Part shown: positions 11,573 through 23,500 of the stretch, piece by piece
Layout: the number at the start of each line of letters is the position of its first letter
Numbering within the stretch: the first letter of the stretch is position 1
Origin: Thecamonas trahens ATCC 50062
Lineage: Eukaryota > Protista > Apusomonadida
DNA: 64,000 nt
Assembly: GCF_000142905.1 (NCBI RefSeq)
Contig: NW_013657654.1
Coordinates: 248,001-312,000, forward strand
Reading direction: 5' to 3'
Made by a program: the position numbers and the translations under genes
The notes under the pieces: model-generated
What the model was told of the DNA's origin: nothing
The model's input: only the letters and a program-made list of their open reading frames with translations
Database searches by the model: none

Positions 11573-13192
11573 ATGTCTGCCACAGGTAGACCTGTGGTCC
11601 GCCGGCGGCGCAAGCACGGCCCCATTGTTCACACCCGTCGTAAGGGCAGCAACCCGTCACCGTCGCCGTCGCCTGGCTCGTCGGCTCCGCCGTCGTCGTC
11701 GTCGCGGCTGGTGGCGCTCTCGCCTGGCACGGGCAGCTCGGATTCCTCGGCGTTGCGGCCGACGGCTACCACTCCATCAGGCACCCGCTACCGCCCGCCT
11801 GTTTTTCTCTACGCTTCGTCGGCGGTGGCGGCGTCAGGCTCTCCGCTTGACCCGCAGGCGGCCAGCGTCGTCCACCCGTCAGCCACCGTTGCTGTCGCCG
11901 ACGCTCTGCCCTCACACTCGTTCTCGTACCGTGCTGCTGACGGCCTGGGCAGGGTCGAGGTCGAGATTGCCCGCGGCGGCGGTGGTGGCGGTGGCGGCGG
12001 TGGCGGAGATGGCGGCGTAAGCTACCACGGCTCCGAGCTGGATGCCGTCATCGCTGCCGCTGCTGCCGGCCACGGATCAGACTCGGGCACATCGGTGCTG
12101 GATGACTCGGAGAGTGGCAAGGCACACGTCGAGGCAGAAGGCGGGCTTGGTGCAAGCGACGGAGCCGCAACTGCTGCGCCCGTTGCTGTAGACCGCTTTG
12201 GCTTTGTCCTCGCCTCGCCCGGCGACGAGAGGTCGGTCGGAGGCCGGCCGGCGTCCCGGCCGCTGGACCAGGCGTCCAAGGATAAGGAGAGCGAGCGCGC
12301 GACTAAGTGGCTGACCATGTTCCGCGACTGGAGGCGGTGGCGAGTCAAGCCCAAGACCAAGGCCCGAGTCCGCAAGGGCATTCCCGACTGCGTGCGGGGC
12401 CAGGCGTGGCTCCTCGCGTCGGGCGGGCACGAGTGGCTCCTGCGGCAGGACCGCAGCCCTGTGGAGCGGTTCCTCCAGCGCGCCACCGATGCATGGGCCC
12501 AAACCATCCGACTCGACATCAACCGCACATTCCCGGATCACCTGCTGTTCATGCAGGCTGATGGCCTTGGTCAATCGACGCTCCACCGCGTCCTGCTCGC
12601 CTTTTCGGCCTACGATCCCGCGGTCGGCTACTGCCAGGGCATGGCCTTTGTTGCCGCGCTCCTGCTGATGTACATGGCTGAGGAAGAGGCCTTTGCCGTC
12701 CTTGTCTCTATAGCCCAAGACCGTCCACGCTTTGGTTTTGCCGGCTTCTGGGCACCGGGCTTCCCGCTCCTCAACAAGTACTTTACCGTCTTCTCGGCGC
12801 TCCTTGCCGACGTCGAGCCCAAGCTCGCACAACACTTGATCGAGACCGACGTCCACCCGTCACTGTACACTACCGGCTGGTTCATGACTCTGTTTACCAA
12901 CTCGGACCTCCCGTTTGCGTACTCGTTGCGGGTCATGGACATGGTGCTGTACGAGGGTGAGAAGGCGCTCCTCCGCTGGGCTCTTGCCTTTATGGTCTAC
13001 TACAAGGAGGAGCTGCTCAAGGGCGGCAACGAAGTAGTTTTTCCGGTCCTCAAGGGTCTCCAGGGCCTGCCGGCCAACCCCAACGTGTTTGTCAAAGGCT
13101 GGGTCCTCAAGGTCGACATCACTCACGCCCAGATTGACGCGCACGCTGGCGCCTACGACGCTGCTGCTGCTGCCGCTGACGGTGAGACCTAG
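11573..13192 (+). CDS. TBC-domain Rab GTPase-activating protein
   Basis: DRFGF, RVRKGIPDCVRGQAW, IRLDINRTFP (R finger), VGYCQGMAFVAALLL (Q finger) and GWFMTLF. Confidence 0.95.
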   Translation: MSATGRPVVRRRRKHGPIVHTRRKGSNPSPSPSPGSSAPPSSSSRLVALSPGTGSSDSSALRPTATTPSGTRYRPPVFLYASSAVAASGSPLDPQAASVVHPSATVAVADALPSHSFSYRAADGLGRVEVEIARGGGGGGGGGGGDGGVSYHGSELDAVIAAAAAGHGSDSGTSVLDDSESGKAHVEAEGGLGASDGAATAAPVAVDRFGFVLASPGDERSVGGRPASRPLDQASKDKESERATKWLTMFRDWRRWRVKPKTKARVRKGIPDCVRGQAWLLASGGHEWLLRQDRSPVERFLQRATDAWAQTIRLDINRTFPDHLLFMQADGLGQSTLHRVLLAFSAYDPAVGYCQGMAFVAALLLMYMAEEEAFAVLVSIAQDRPRFGFAGFWAPGFPLLNKYFTVFSALLADVEPKLAQHLIETDVHPSLYTTGWFMTLFTNSDLPFAYSLRVMDMVLYEGEKALLRWALAFMVYYKEELLKGGNEVVFPVLKGLQGLPANPNVFVKGWVLKVDITHAQIDAHAGAYDAAAAAADGET

Positions 13193-14511
13193 CGTTTCTT
13201 CGAGAGCGATGCTACCGTGTGGACGTCGTGGTGCCGGAGGCGCGCCTCAAACAGCGGCGCCCGCCGGGCCCGCATCGACGTCGCGGGCGATGCCTCATTC
13301 GAGTCGTACAGCTGCATGAAGTGGTATGAGCCTGCGGCGCGTAGGCAGGTCAGCTCGCGGACGACAAGAATTGCTGGATAGAGCGACGAGACAAGGATGT
13401 ACAAGGTGAGCGAGCCAAGGAGAATGTAGACCGGAATGGCCTGAAAGGTGTCGAATGACGACCGCGACGAGACTTTCCAGATGATGGCCACCCGCGTCAT
13501 GATGCAGACAAGCGCCATGATGACCAGCTCCTTCGACTGGGTGAACTTGCGGTCGACAGACCGCAGAATGAACAGGCAGTAGCCAAAGATGGCCGTGTAC
13601 ACGACGCCGGACAAGACGCCCAGCGCGATCTTGACATCGACAAGCACCGTCTCGTTCGCGTCTATTTGCTCAACCAGATTCCATGCCCAGGCAAAGGCAA
13701 CCCAAATGCTGACGCACAGCACGTACCGCTTGAGCAGCCAGACGTTTGACAGCCGCTTGCCCGACTCGCCGCCACCGTCCATCGACGAGCCGAGCAGCGT
13801 CGATGTCAGCGACGCCGTCGAGAGCAGCCGCGTCCGCTCCGATGGACCCCACGGCAGCCGCTCGGCCGACGCAGGCTGGACCGTCGGCTGCGAGACAAAC
13901 GGCGAGGCTATAGCAGCGAGGACTTCCGAGTGGACAGACTCGGCGTTGGAGACAACCGAGCGCACCTCGTCGTCGCCGTGCGGCACGTTGTCTGACCTGG
14001 CGCTACCTGGCCCGGGCATGTCGTGTGCCATAAACGAATCCACCGCCGCCACTGAGCCGGTGTTGACTGTCTTGGGGGCACCCAGGGCTTGATTATCAAA
14101 CGGCGGCGTCTGCCGCCGCACCGCAGTGTCGGCAGTGATCATCAGCCGCGGAGGCGGCGGCGCGCTGGCCGACGCCGCCTGCTGGGCAAGGACATCAAAG
14201 ACAATGGTGAGCCGATATGATCGGAAGATGACAGCCCAAAGGAAGAGGACTTGACCCACGTCGGCGAGCATGTCGATGTATGCGTGGTAGTTGAGCTGGA
14301 CGGTGAAGACCGCCAACGTGAGCGAGTAGAACACCGCGGCGCCCACATTCTGCAATCCAAGGAAGAGGCACGATCTACGAGCCATGGCTTCAGTGGCGTA
14401 GCCAGCCGCCGCCACTCCTGCGCCTAGAACAACGACGATGACCAGGATCATCGAGAGGAAGAACAGCGCCCTCGGCTCGCTCTCGGCATCGTACAGCCAG
14501 CCCAAGCCCAT
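13189..14511 (-). CDS. Seven-TM GPCR-like membrane protein with a long loop after TM3
   Basis: Seven hydrophobic segments; FRSYRLTIVF after TM3 and LRSVDRKFTQSKEL between TM5 and TM6. Confidence 0.7.
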   Translation of the reverse strand: MGLGWLYDAESEPRALFFLSMILVIVVVLGAGVAAAGYATEAMARRSCLFLGLQNVGAAVFYSLTLAVFTVQLNYHAYIDMLADVGQVLFLWAVIFRSYRLTIVFDVLAQQAASASAPPPPRLMITADTAVRRQTPPFDNQALGAPKTVNTGSVAAVDSFMAHDMPGPGSARSDNVPHGDDEVRSVVSNAESVHSEVLAAIASPFVSQPTVQPASAERLPWGPSERTRLLSTASLTSTLLGSSMDGGGESGKRLSNVWLLKRYVLCVSIWVAFAWAWNLVEQIDANETVLVDVKIALGVLSGVVYTAIFGYCLFILRSVDRKFTQSKELVIMALVCIMTRVAIIWKVSSRSSFDTFQAIPVYILLGSLTLYILVSSLYPAILVVRELTCLRAAGSYHFMQLYDSNEASPATSMRARRAPLFEARLRHHDVHTVASLSKKR

Positions 14512-14776
14512 GCCTGTATGCTATCTGCCTACACTCCCGTTGCCACAGCTCCTGCTCTCTCTCCCTGCCACCCCTGCCACACCCCAGCCTCGAGAGAGTC
14601 AGGTGTCCTTCCCCTCCCCTCCTCCCCCCCCCCCCCCCTCCTCCCCCACGCACGACGGCACACCTGCCAACTCAATCCACCGGACAGGCACACTTCCGAG
14701 TGCCGAGTGCGTTATCCAATGTCATATTCATTGCAAGTCAAACATTTTAGTCATCAATTAGTCAGTCACAAACGTC

Positions 14777-16749
14777 ATGACTAAGACCGTGATCACGACA
14801 GAGGCACCCCTCTCACACGCACCATGCCCTGTTGTTCAGCCCTGTGGAAGCTTGTCGAACCAGAATAGAGAGGCTCCTTGCTGCAAGCTCTGCGGCAAGC
14901 AGATTAGCCTCAACAGTTCCAAGTCGACCTCAAACATCAAAAGCCACTTCCGAAACGCCCACGGTGATGTGCTGTCGGTCCTGGACGTCGACCTGTCCGC
15001 GTCTCCAGCCAGCGGATACAGGCGTACTTCCCGTCGAAAGACCGCTTGAAGGATGCAAAGCCGCGCGTTGCGGAATACGCTCTCAAGAGCATGCTGTACA
15101 AGCACCGCTCGTTTGCCTCGATCGAAGACCCGTACCTCGCCCACATGCTGAGTGGACGTCGTCTGGGACGCGCCACACCTTTCTCGGTGTGTGTGCCCAG
15201 TTCTACATGCGGGGATGCGCACAACTATCCCCATTGGGTTCAAGGCGCTCACCGCCGATCTCATGAACGCTGTTCGCTCGACGTCTGAGGGCAGCGCCGA
15301 GTATAGCACCACATATCTCACCACTAACGCCGAGAATGTTGCCAATGTGGTGAAACTCTGTGTAGCAGAGCTCGGGATTGACTGGGTCCAGGTAGTCGCC
15401 TTGTCTAGCAACACGACGGTGCTCATGCCCCGTATGGCAAAGCACTTCCTCGAACTTCAGTGGCATCCATGTCTCTCCCACCGCATTCAGCTCATCGTCG
15501 GTGACGTGCTCAAGGCGATCCAGGTTGACAGTGAGCTGGATCCTGCCTTGGTGCAGTCAGACTTGCCCTCGAGCTGTGATACGACCGTCCTCGAGATGGG
15601 CGGCATAGGCGAGGACACAGACGACGATGACGACGAAACGAGGATGTCTTCTCGGAAGTGGTATCTTTGTCGTCGTCAGAGTTGCTGACGCCGGGTGATG
15701 CCGCTGCATCCGATGACCGTGCCTCAGCTCCGCTTGTGGGAAGCACTGACGCAATTTCGAAGCTACGCTGCCTCGTCTCTTATCACCCGCTCGTCCAAGG
15801 CCAAGCGCACGATGCTTCACTTCATCAACAAGAAGAACATCAAGGGTAAGTGCGCATACAAGTCCGCGCTGAACTCATTTGAGGTGGATGTCCGACTTGG
15901 TCTCGTGACCGTGGATGACAAACCGTCTCCACCCGTCCTGACGACATATACGTCGCTGCGGCCGGACGTGAATACTCGCTGGGGCGCGACGGTGACTATG
16001 CTAGAGCGGGCGTCGAGGATGAAGAATGCCGTAGATTTCGTTTTGACTGAGATCGCGGGTTCCCGGGCTGAGTTGGCCGCCGGTGAGTGGGTCGAGGTAC
16101 ATGATGCTGTGGAAGTACTCCTCACAATCAACAACTCGTGCGTCATGTCTCAGACGTGCCGTCCTCCCTCTCGATCCTTACGATGGTGGGCATTGTAGAC
16201 GATCTAGCAGAGCTCAAGATCAACAACAATGCTATCCCCAGGATCCAACAGCTGTGCGACATCGCCAGCCAGGCAGTGTACAAACAGGTTGCGTACTTGT
16301 ACAAAGAGGATGCGTGCCTCTTTGCTCTCCTTATTGACGCGACTGTCACCAAGGACGACCTCACGTACGTCCAGGGAGTTGTCGCCGACGCCAACAACTC
16401 GCTCGGTGTGCGCAATTTGGTGACTGCTGGGGAGGTCCACCATGACATGTGGCGGCGCTTGGTAGACGTCCTCGAGCCCGAGCTCCTCGACGATCTGTCC
16501 CCGCTCCCCTCTGATATCGCGTCGTCATCGGGTGGAGCGAGCAACACGCTGCCGCAGCAATCGCGGCACCCCACGTACTTTTCCCCGAACATGTCTGCTG
16601 CCGGTGGGCCATTCAAGTCGGTGGTGTCTGGATCGGCGTCATCGCTACAGGCGCGCTCACGGATGGACGCGGAGCGCGAGGCGCGCGCTCGTAAAGTTGC
16701 CAAGCGCGAGAAGAACGCGAGGAAGCGCCTGCGCCTGCCTTGCTATTAG
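14777..16749 (+). mobile_element. Degenerate hAT-superfamily transposase (BED zinc finger + RNase H-like core), several frameshifts and a stop; termini not identified
   Basis: CKLCGKQI...STSNIKSHFRNAH (zf-BED), HRSFASIEDP, NAENVANVV..ELGID, WHPCLSHRIQL (CxxH) and DVNTRWGATVTMLER spread across five ORF fragments; lower GC than the flanks. Confidence 0.82.
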
Positions 16750-17355
16750 CTTCCTTGCTGCCGCCATGTTTTTGCTGATAGAGAGGGAAGAAGCCGTACG
16801 CAGAAGACACCATCACAACTACGCAACCAACTAGTTGTGGCCTTTGTCCAAAGGCTATCTGCCTTCCCCCTCCCCCCTCCCCTCCCCTCCCCCTCTCCCC
16901 CCCCCTCTCCATCTGCGGCTGGTGCAGTCTGCTGCGGTTGCCAAGGAGTGCCATTGCCAGTCAGCTCGGTCTTGGTCTCTTTTTGCTCACGTGCCACCAC
17001 CGCCACCGCCACCGCCATCGCCACCGCCTCTGCCATACCTCACCTGCCACCTCCATTCCTCTCTCTCTCTTCCCACCCATGTAGTACGCTTTCTCTCCTC
17101 CTCCCCCCTTCCCCAACCACCAGAAAAGAGATATCTACTTTTTGACTACAAGGTTAACAACTTTATGTTAATTTGATGTANNNNNNNNNNNNNNNNNNNN
17201 NNNNNNNNNNNNNNNNNNNNNNNNNNNNNNNNNNNNNNNNNNNNNNNNNNNNNNNNNNNNNNNNNNNNNNNNNNNNNNNNTACGCTCTCTCTCCTCCCTC
17301 CCCTCCCCTTCCCCCCTCCCCCCCCCCACCCCTCACCCCTCCTCCCTCTCTGCAG

Positions 17356-19804
17356 TCTGGTGGTCGTTGCCCTCACTGTCGCGCTCCTTGCTGGTCACAC
17401 GGCAGCCGATGTCGACTGCTCTTTCCCGGGCGCGATGGAGATTGTGCCTGGCCACTGCGTCTTTAGGCCCTTAGCTCCAAGCGCAAGCTTTGCTTCCACT
17501 GTCAGCACTTGCAACGCCCAAGGTGGCTTCCCGGCTGTCCTGCCCACCCGTGGCTTTCGGGCCATGGTCAAGTCCAAGCTCGGTATCTCCGGGACGAGGT
17601 GGACCGGCCTCAAGTACACCACCAATCGTGGCGTCGGCTTTGTCTGGGCTGATGGTACTTCGGTTGAGGGCCTCGACTTTGAAGCCGGCTCGCCCTCGCT
17701 GACGGAATCGGTCTTCGCGATGAACTGGAACCCATCGCCCCCGCTTTTGCAGACCCGGAACAGTTTGGAAAGGCTCCCCGCTCTCTGCTCTGGCCGTACC
17801 AGCTGCTCCGTTTCACGCTGCGCGCGATGCGCCATGGAGTCGTCGACGCTGTGTCATACCTGTGCACCGGGCTGGGCCCTGCCAGACTGTACCACTCCAG
17901 CGAGCCGTGGCAGATGGCTGCTGGTGACCGGGAACAACTACGAGGTCAACAACCCGCGCGGCGGCGCCAAGAACCTAGTGGCCGCGGATGTCTTTATCAT
18001 GGACTACTTGCATGCACGCAATTACTCGGTCGAGGTCGTCGGTGCTCAGTGGGTCGGCACCTACCACGCCGCCAACAAGGTCGGCATCATCCTCTCGTCC
18101 AACATCGATGCCACGGCGGCGGGTCAGTTGCAGGGCCTTTTCCGCGACTCGACGCTCCCGCTAGTTGTCTTGACCGGCGAGAGCCTCAAGTGGATGTATT
18201 GGTCGCCGACCCGCGACTGCACCGCCGACAGTCTTGCCCTCTCACCGGTCGACCCAGTCCACCCGCTGCTCCACGGCGTTGTCTTTGATGGCGGCAGCAG
18301 CACCACCGTGCTTACCGGATACTCTGGTACACGCTGCGCCCCCACAAGTGCAGGACCCGGATTTGTCGCTGTTGCCACCGACCCGATTTCCGGATCACTC
18401 CAGCTTGGGCTCTATCCGCGCGGCAGCGTCCAGCACGTCCGCAGCGACTATCCGATTACGTACACCTCGCAGGCGCGCGGCATTTTCTTTGCCATGAATC
18501 CGACGCAGGGTGCTACCTCATACACAACGTCCGGCATCAAAATCGTCGACAACCTGTTCCGGTATGCCACGGCCGCCGCTGTCGACGACTCCATGGTTGT
18601 TGCCGTCTCGCCGCGCAACGTCGGTCTTCCCAGCAGCGACGACGGCGATCGCTCAGTCAACGTCGCGCTGAGCCTCGGCGGTTCACTTGGAGGTGGCAAC
18701 ACTTACCCAGGCCTTGAGTTTGGCCTCTCGTTTGATGGCTGTACCTCGGTCGAAGGCCATCTCATTTTTGAGCTCGACGACGACGCCAGCGCTTCGATCG
18801 CCGTCAACAGCACCTGGGCAGGCCGTGTTGCCCGCATCTGCCTCCGGTCGTATGACGAACCATCGTGGCTCCGGCAGACCGCATCTGATGCCAGTATCCG
18901 GTTTGTGGCAACGTTGCCGACCGAGATCGTGGCCTTTGCGCCGACTGTCGTTCCTGGATCTGTGCCGACCACGCTCTCGGTCTCTGGCCGCGAGTTTTCG
19001 ACTTCTGACTCGCGCATCGGCATCTTTGCCAACCCTGGCTGCTACCACGGTCTGATCGCTAGTGTTCCCTACTCGAGCGGCGAGGTGTCGTTGCCTGCAC
19101 TTGGCGTCACCGGTCCCCACTACGTCTGCCTCTCCCATTCGCCCGGCTCCCCGTCGTGGGTCGCGCAGACCTCGCCCGAGAGCACCCTCGTGTTTGTGAA
19201 CGGCTCAGACGTACTGACAGGCGTCGTGCCGACAACCTTTATGGCGAGCGACTCGGTCGCACTGGATATTCAAGGTCTTGCAGCCATGCCGCGCAACTCG
19301 ATTGTGGCACTCACTGGCGCAGCCTCGACTTGTTCAGCCTCGGTAGCTTCTGTTGCCATCATTGACGCTGAGACCGCTGTGGATCTCGGCCGCGTCACCG
19401 CCGCTGGCGACTACAAGCTCTGCTTCTCACCCGACAACGGTGTTACTTTCACGCCCTTCCCATCGCTCACTGTGCAGATCAAGGCTATTTCGTCAACTTC
19501 GATTGTGTCGCTCTCACCATCATCGTTTTCTGCCGGTACCGCTCTTGCCGGCACCACCGTCGACTTTGCCACCGAGTTTGATCCGCTCGGGTCGCCTGCC
19601 CTCGGTCTCATTGCCTCTCACGACGAGTCGCTCTGCAACGCGACGCCGCTTAAGTCACCTGTTTCGGGCGGCAAGGCGTATTTTGCGTACGCCAATCTCG
19701 CGCCCATCGCCTCTGGCACCTGGTATGTTTGCCTCTCGCCACGCGGCGGCGCCGACGACACATGGTTGCTGCAGGAGGCGTCGACCACCATCAATATCCT
19801 TTAA
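17356..19804 (+). CDS. Secreted protein (gene A): C-type lectin domain, Cys-rich segment, alpha/beta region and about 4 copies of a ~95-aa two-Cys module; first exon probably in the gap
   Basis: Acceptor ctctctgcag at 17355 then the tail of a signal peptide (LVVVALTVALLAGHTAA). CTL motifs CNAQGGFPA, WTGL and FVWADG; repeated YxVCxS..W..Q motif; no TM segment. Confidence 0.8.
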
Positions 19805-20558
19805 CCCTTAACGGTACGGTCGTTCAGACGTGTTGTCGCGCGTCTCGAAGTGAACAACTCGATGATGCCTGAGTTGCCGTTGCAGTGACGGACGCCTGGG
19901 AGCACGGGCGAGGCGCGCGAGGTGCTGTATGGCGCCGATCCGGAGGAGCGGCGGGCGCGGACGGTGCGGAGCTTGTCGTTGACGACCCCGACGACCGGGA
20001 AGGAGAACATTACAGAGTTGAACACCGCGGCCAGACGGGAGAGCGCGAGGACGTCTTGCGACGGACGAGCTTGCCGGTCGGCGTGGCCGCGCAAGTGGTG
20101 GCACGCCATCCTTGTATTGGATTCTGGACGCCGCGCTCATCGACGCGGACGCGCTCTGCGCTGACGCGAGCCCACGCCCCGCCATGACTCGCGTGGCTTT
20201 TCTCTACGACATCATCGACACCCTCGCCACCAGCCCCGACGCCGTCAGCTCGGCGCTGTTGCCGCCAGCGGAAGCGTCCCTCTGCAGCGGCTGCTCGTCA
20301 TCACCACCTTCCACAACAAGCCGCCGTGCGACACGACTGCCTCGCCTGCCGGAAGCTTCATGGTAAGCGATCGCGGCCGCGGACCTTTTGCGCCGCGTGC
20401 GGCGTCCATCTCTGCATCGCCGACTGTTTTCTGTTGTGGCAGCCATTAACACATTGTACTACTCTTGTACCGCGATTGATGGACGTTGCGACGTCTGCGA
20501 AGCGTCGCGGAGCGCGGCTTGCGCGATGGACAAACTGTCCATTCCGAACCGAAAAGGT
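19805..20558 (+). mobile_element. Internally deleted piggyBac-like element with TTAA target site
   Basis: Left end TTAA|CCCTTAACGGTACGG and degenerate inverted right end CCGAACCGAAAAGGT|TTAC. Internal remnants RKWWHAIL/LYWILDAALIDA and CLACRKLHGKRSRPRTFCAACGVHLCIADCF match the piggyBac transposase C-terminus and Cys-rich domain. Confidence 0.85.
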
Positions 20559-20573
20559 TTACACACGTTTCTC

Positions 20574-23500
20574 TCACATCGACGACGACGAATCGCACGA
20601 CGATGAAGATGACGACGGGACATCTTGCGGTGGCGGTCCCGGGGGCCTCGGCGGAACCAGAGGCATCTCAGGCGGCGGCGGCATCGACAGCGGCATCGGC
20701 GGCGGCTGGGAAATTGAGGTCAGCGGCGAGACGCTCGTGTCGACCGAGTCAAAGCAGCACGATGAGAGCGAGTTGCAGGCAGAGGTCGGCGCCATCGTGC
20801 TCATTGGCATGGCCAGAAACTGCGCTGTGCTCCCATCTACCAGGCTCGACTTGGCCTCGTCATCGTCGACGACAGAGTCAAGACCGCGGTACGGCGTCAT
20901 GCCAAAGTCCACATTCGTCGAGCCGAACGAAGGATTGGTTGAGCCAAAGACCGGGTTCATCATCAACCCATTCTCACTCTCCAGCACGCCGCTGTCAAAG
21001 TCTACGGCTGCATGATGCCCGACTGTCATCATCTCGACCCCGGACTCCATGCCGGCGCCTTCGAACTCGATGTTCTCAAAGACCAGTTCGGCATCCTCTT
21101 GGTCGCGCTGCTTGATCCGCCACAGCTCGTAGACCACTCCGACGCACACAATTCCCAGCAGTGCCACCAGCGCTGCGATCACAACTCCGTCGCGCAGAAC
21201 CCGCGACGACGTGATGGTCCCGCCCCACAGCAGCACCACAGACCCGAAGAGCGTTGAGAAATCCATCATGTTGTGGTGTCGCTCAGCGTATGGATAGTGC
21301 CGTCCAAGCAGCGAGTATGCCAGTACGCACTGCAGCATCAGTGCGACCATCGTCGCCTTGACTGTTGGCGACGAGAATGCGCACACAGAGACCACAACCC
21401 CGAGCTTGCGCCCGAGAATCACGAGCTCGTACCAGAACAGGTCGCTCCGATACTTGGCCACAAGGAACGCGTACTTGGACGCAAACGTCACCTCATCCAA
21501 CGCCGCCTGCTTGCGCTTCAGGAACATGCCCAGCAGCACAGGAATGGCCGTTCCCACAATCAGCGCCACAGTCAGAATCAGTGGCAGCAGCGTGTACCAT
21601 GACGATGTGTAGCACCGCCGTTGCGGGTTGGTCGTCATCACCACGATCCCGCCGCCCACATCGGTGCAGTCCACATACCGCAGTGCCGCGTACATCAGCG
21701 GCAGATATAGCAGCAGGATCGTCTGCAGGTACCCACGCCCAGCCGCGTACACCACCGCCCACTCGAGGGAGCACAGCGAGCGCTTGTTGCCGTACACGCT
21801 GTCGGCATCGCGCGAGGCCTGCCACCTCCGCATCACGTTTCGCAGTCCGATGTACCCGAGGGTGACCACGGCAAACGGAAACAACAGGATCGGCAGCGCC
21901 ATCGTCATGCCCCACTTGAACATCCACACGTCGCCGACGTCCACTCCGCACTCGGGTGACGCCAGGTCGAGGTTGAGGTTCACCAGCGAGACAACGTCAA
22001 ACACCCCGCGCACCAGCGGGTGCCACTCCAGCCGGATCGTCCCGTAGATCGCCACAGCCTGCAGCGTGTTGAGCGCAATGACAAACGCCGCATACCCGTA
22101 CACCTTGGAGTTGCGCATGTTGATCCATACCACGGCCGCCACAAATCCAAACACCGCCAGCACCAGGCACACAATGATCAGCGCGTTCGATCCCTTGCAC
22201 TTGCGGCATCCGTCGCCAAACTGGTACCAGCCCTTGGTGCACTCGGCGCACAGCCGCCCGCGGTAGCCCTCGGTACAGACTCCGTTGCCGGCACACGACG
22301 CCGGACGCGGACATGCCACAAACGAGCTGCCGTCGTCCGAGAGCTCAAAGCCGGGGCCCGGCCGTGGCGGCTCGTGGCCGCCGGCGCAAACCGCACCAAA
22401 CGGACACGGAACACAGCCCTGGCCCTCGACCTGGCCGTTCGGCCCGAACCAGTATGTGGTGAGGCAGGTGCAGTTGATCCACGACGCCGATCCCTCGGGC
22501 GCGCGCATAAACTCGGGACATGCCGTGCAAAACGCAGCGTTGCGCGTCTCCGAGTAGGTGCCGACCCCGCACGGAACACATGCCCCAGTAGTGCCGGACC
22601 CGACACTTCGCGTTCCGGGAAGACACGTCGTTGAGACCTGCGCCACATACGGCGAGCCGAGAATGTCCTCGCCGCCGACCTGGATCCGCAGCGTGTACGT
22701 TCCACCCTCGGCCACAAGCACGCTGAACGAGAGCTTGGAGCCGGCAAGGCTAAACGATGTCACCGGCGTCGTCTTGACGCCGAGCCGCATCGCAATCGAC
22801 ACAGCTGACGCCAGCGGTGGTGTTGTCACCTCGTTGTCGTACGCATCGCGGAGCGTGACACTGTATGTCACCACCGTCGCCGTCTCGAGTGAGAGCGTGC
22901 CCGTATCGGGCAGATCGTCGAGAGTTGACGCTGCTGCTGACACTGGGCCGGGCACGACCTCGGCGTCGACGGCAGTAGTTCCGAGCACAAAGTCGACGTT
23001 GTTGACAGCGAGCTGGAGCGTGTACGTAAAGCCCGCAACCGTCGGCGGCCGCATCGTCACATCGTATATACCGTTGGTAGTGTAGGTGGAGACCGTGACC
23101 AAGTTGTCGAGCGAGGCAAGCTCGGCCGGCGCCGAGACGTACGCCTGCGGCACGTCAAGCCCAGTCTCGACCGGCTGGACCAGGGAGTCGCGAATGGTCA
23201 TCTGGAATGGGCCGATGGTGTCACCGGCAACCACGGTGTATTGCGGGACGAGGCCAGCGACAAACGAGTTGGTGATGTTGAACGCCGAGCAGAACGGCGG
23301 TGTGGCGCCGGTCCACATCGATCCCAAGATGGGCGTCCACGTGCACGTCCGCGCCGTCGAGCCGAGGAGGGTGAAGCCGTCATCACAAGCAAACGAGCAC
23401 GTCTCGTCAAACGCACCGGGCGTGATCGCGTTCGACGCCCCGGTACAGGTCGTGGTCCCGTCAAGCAGCACCGGGAGCGGCGGGCACGAGACCTCGGCGC

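Noticed and set aside
19801-19804. Idea that the piggyBac insertion truncated gene A
   Set aside because: TTAA is host target sequence, so the in-frame TAA existed before insertion; the protein also ends at a module boundary.
19801-19811. Telomere-like TTAACCCTTAA
   Set aside because: Single unit, better explained as a piggyBac TTAA target plus CCCTT TIR start.
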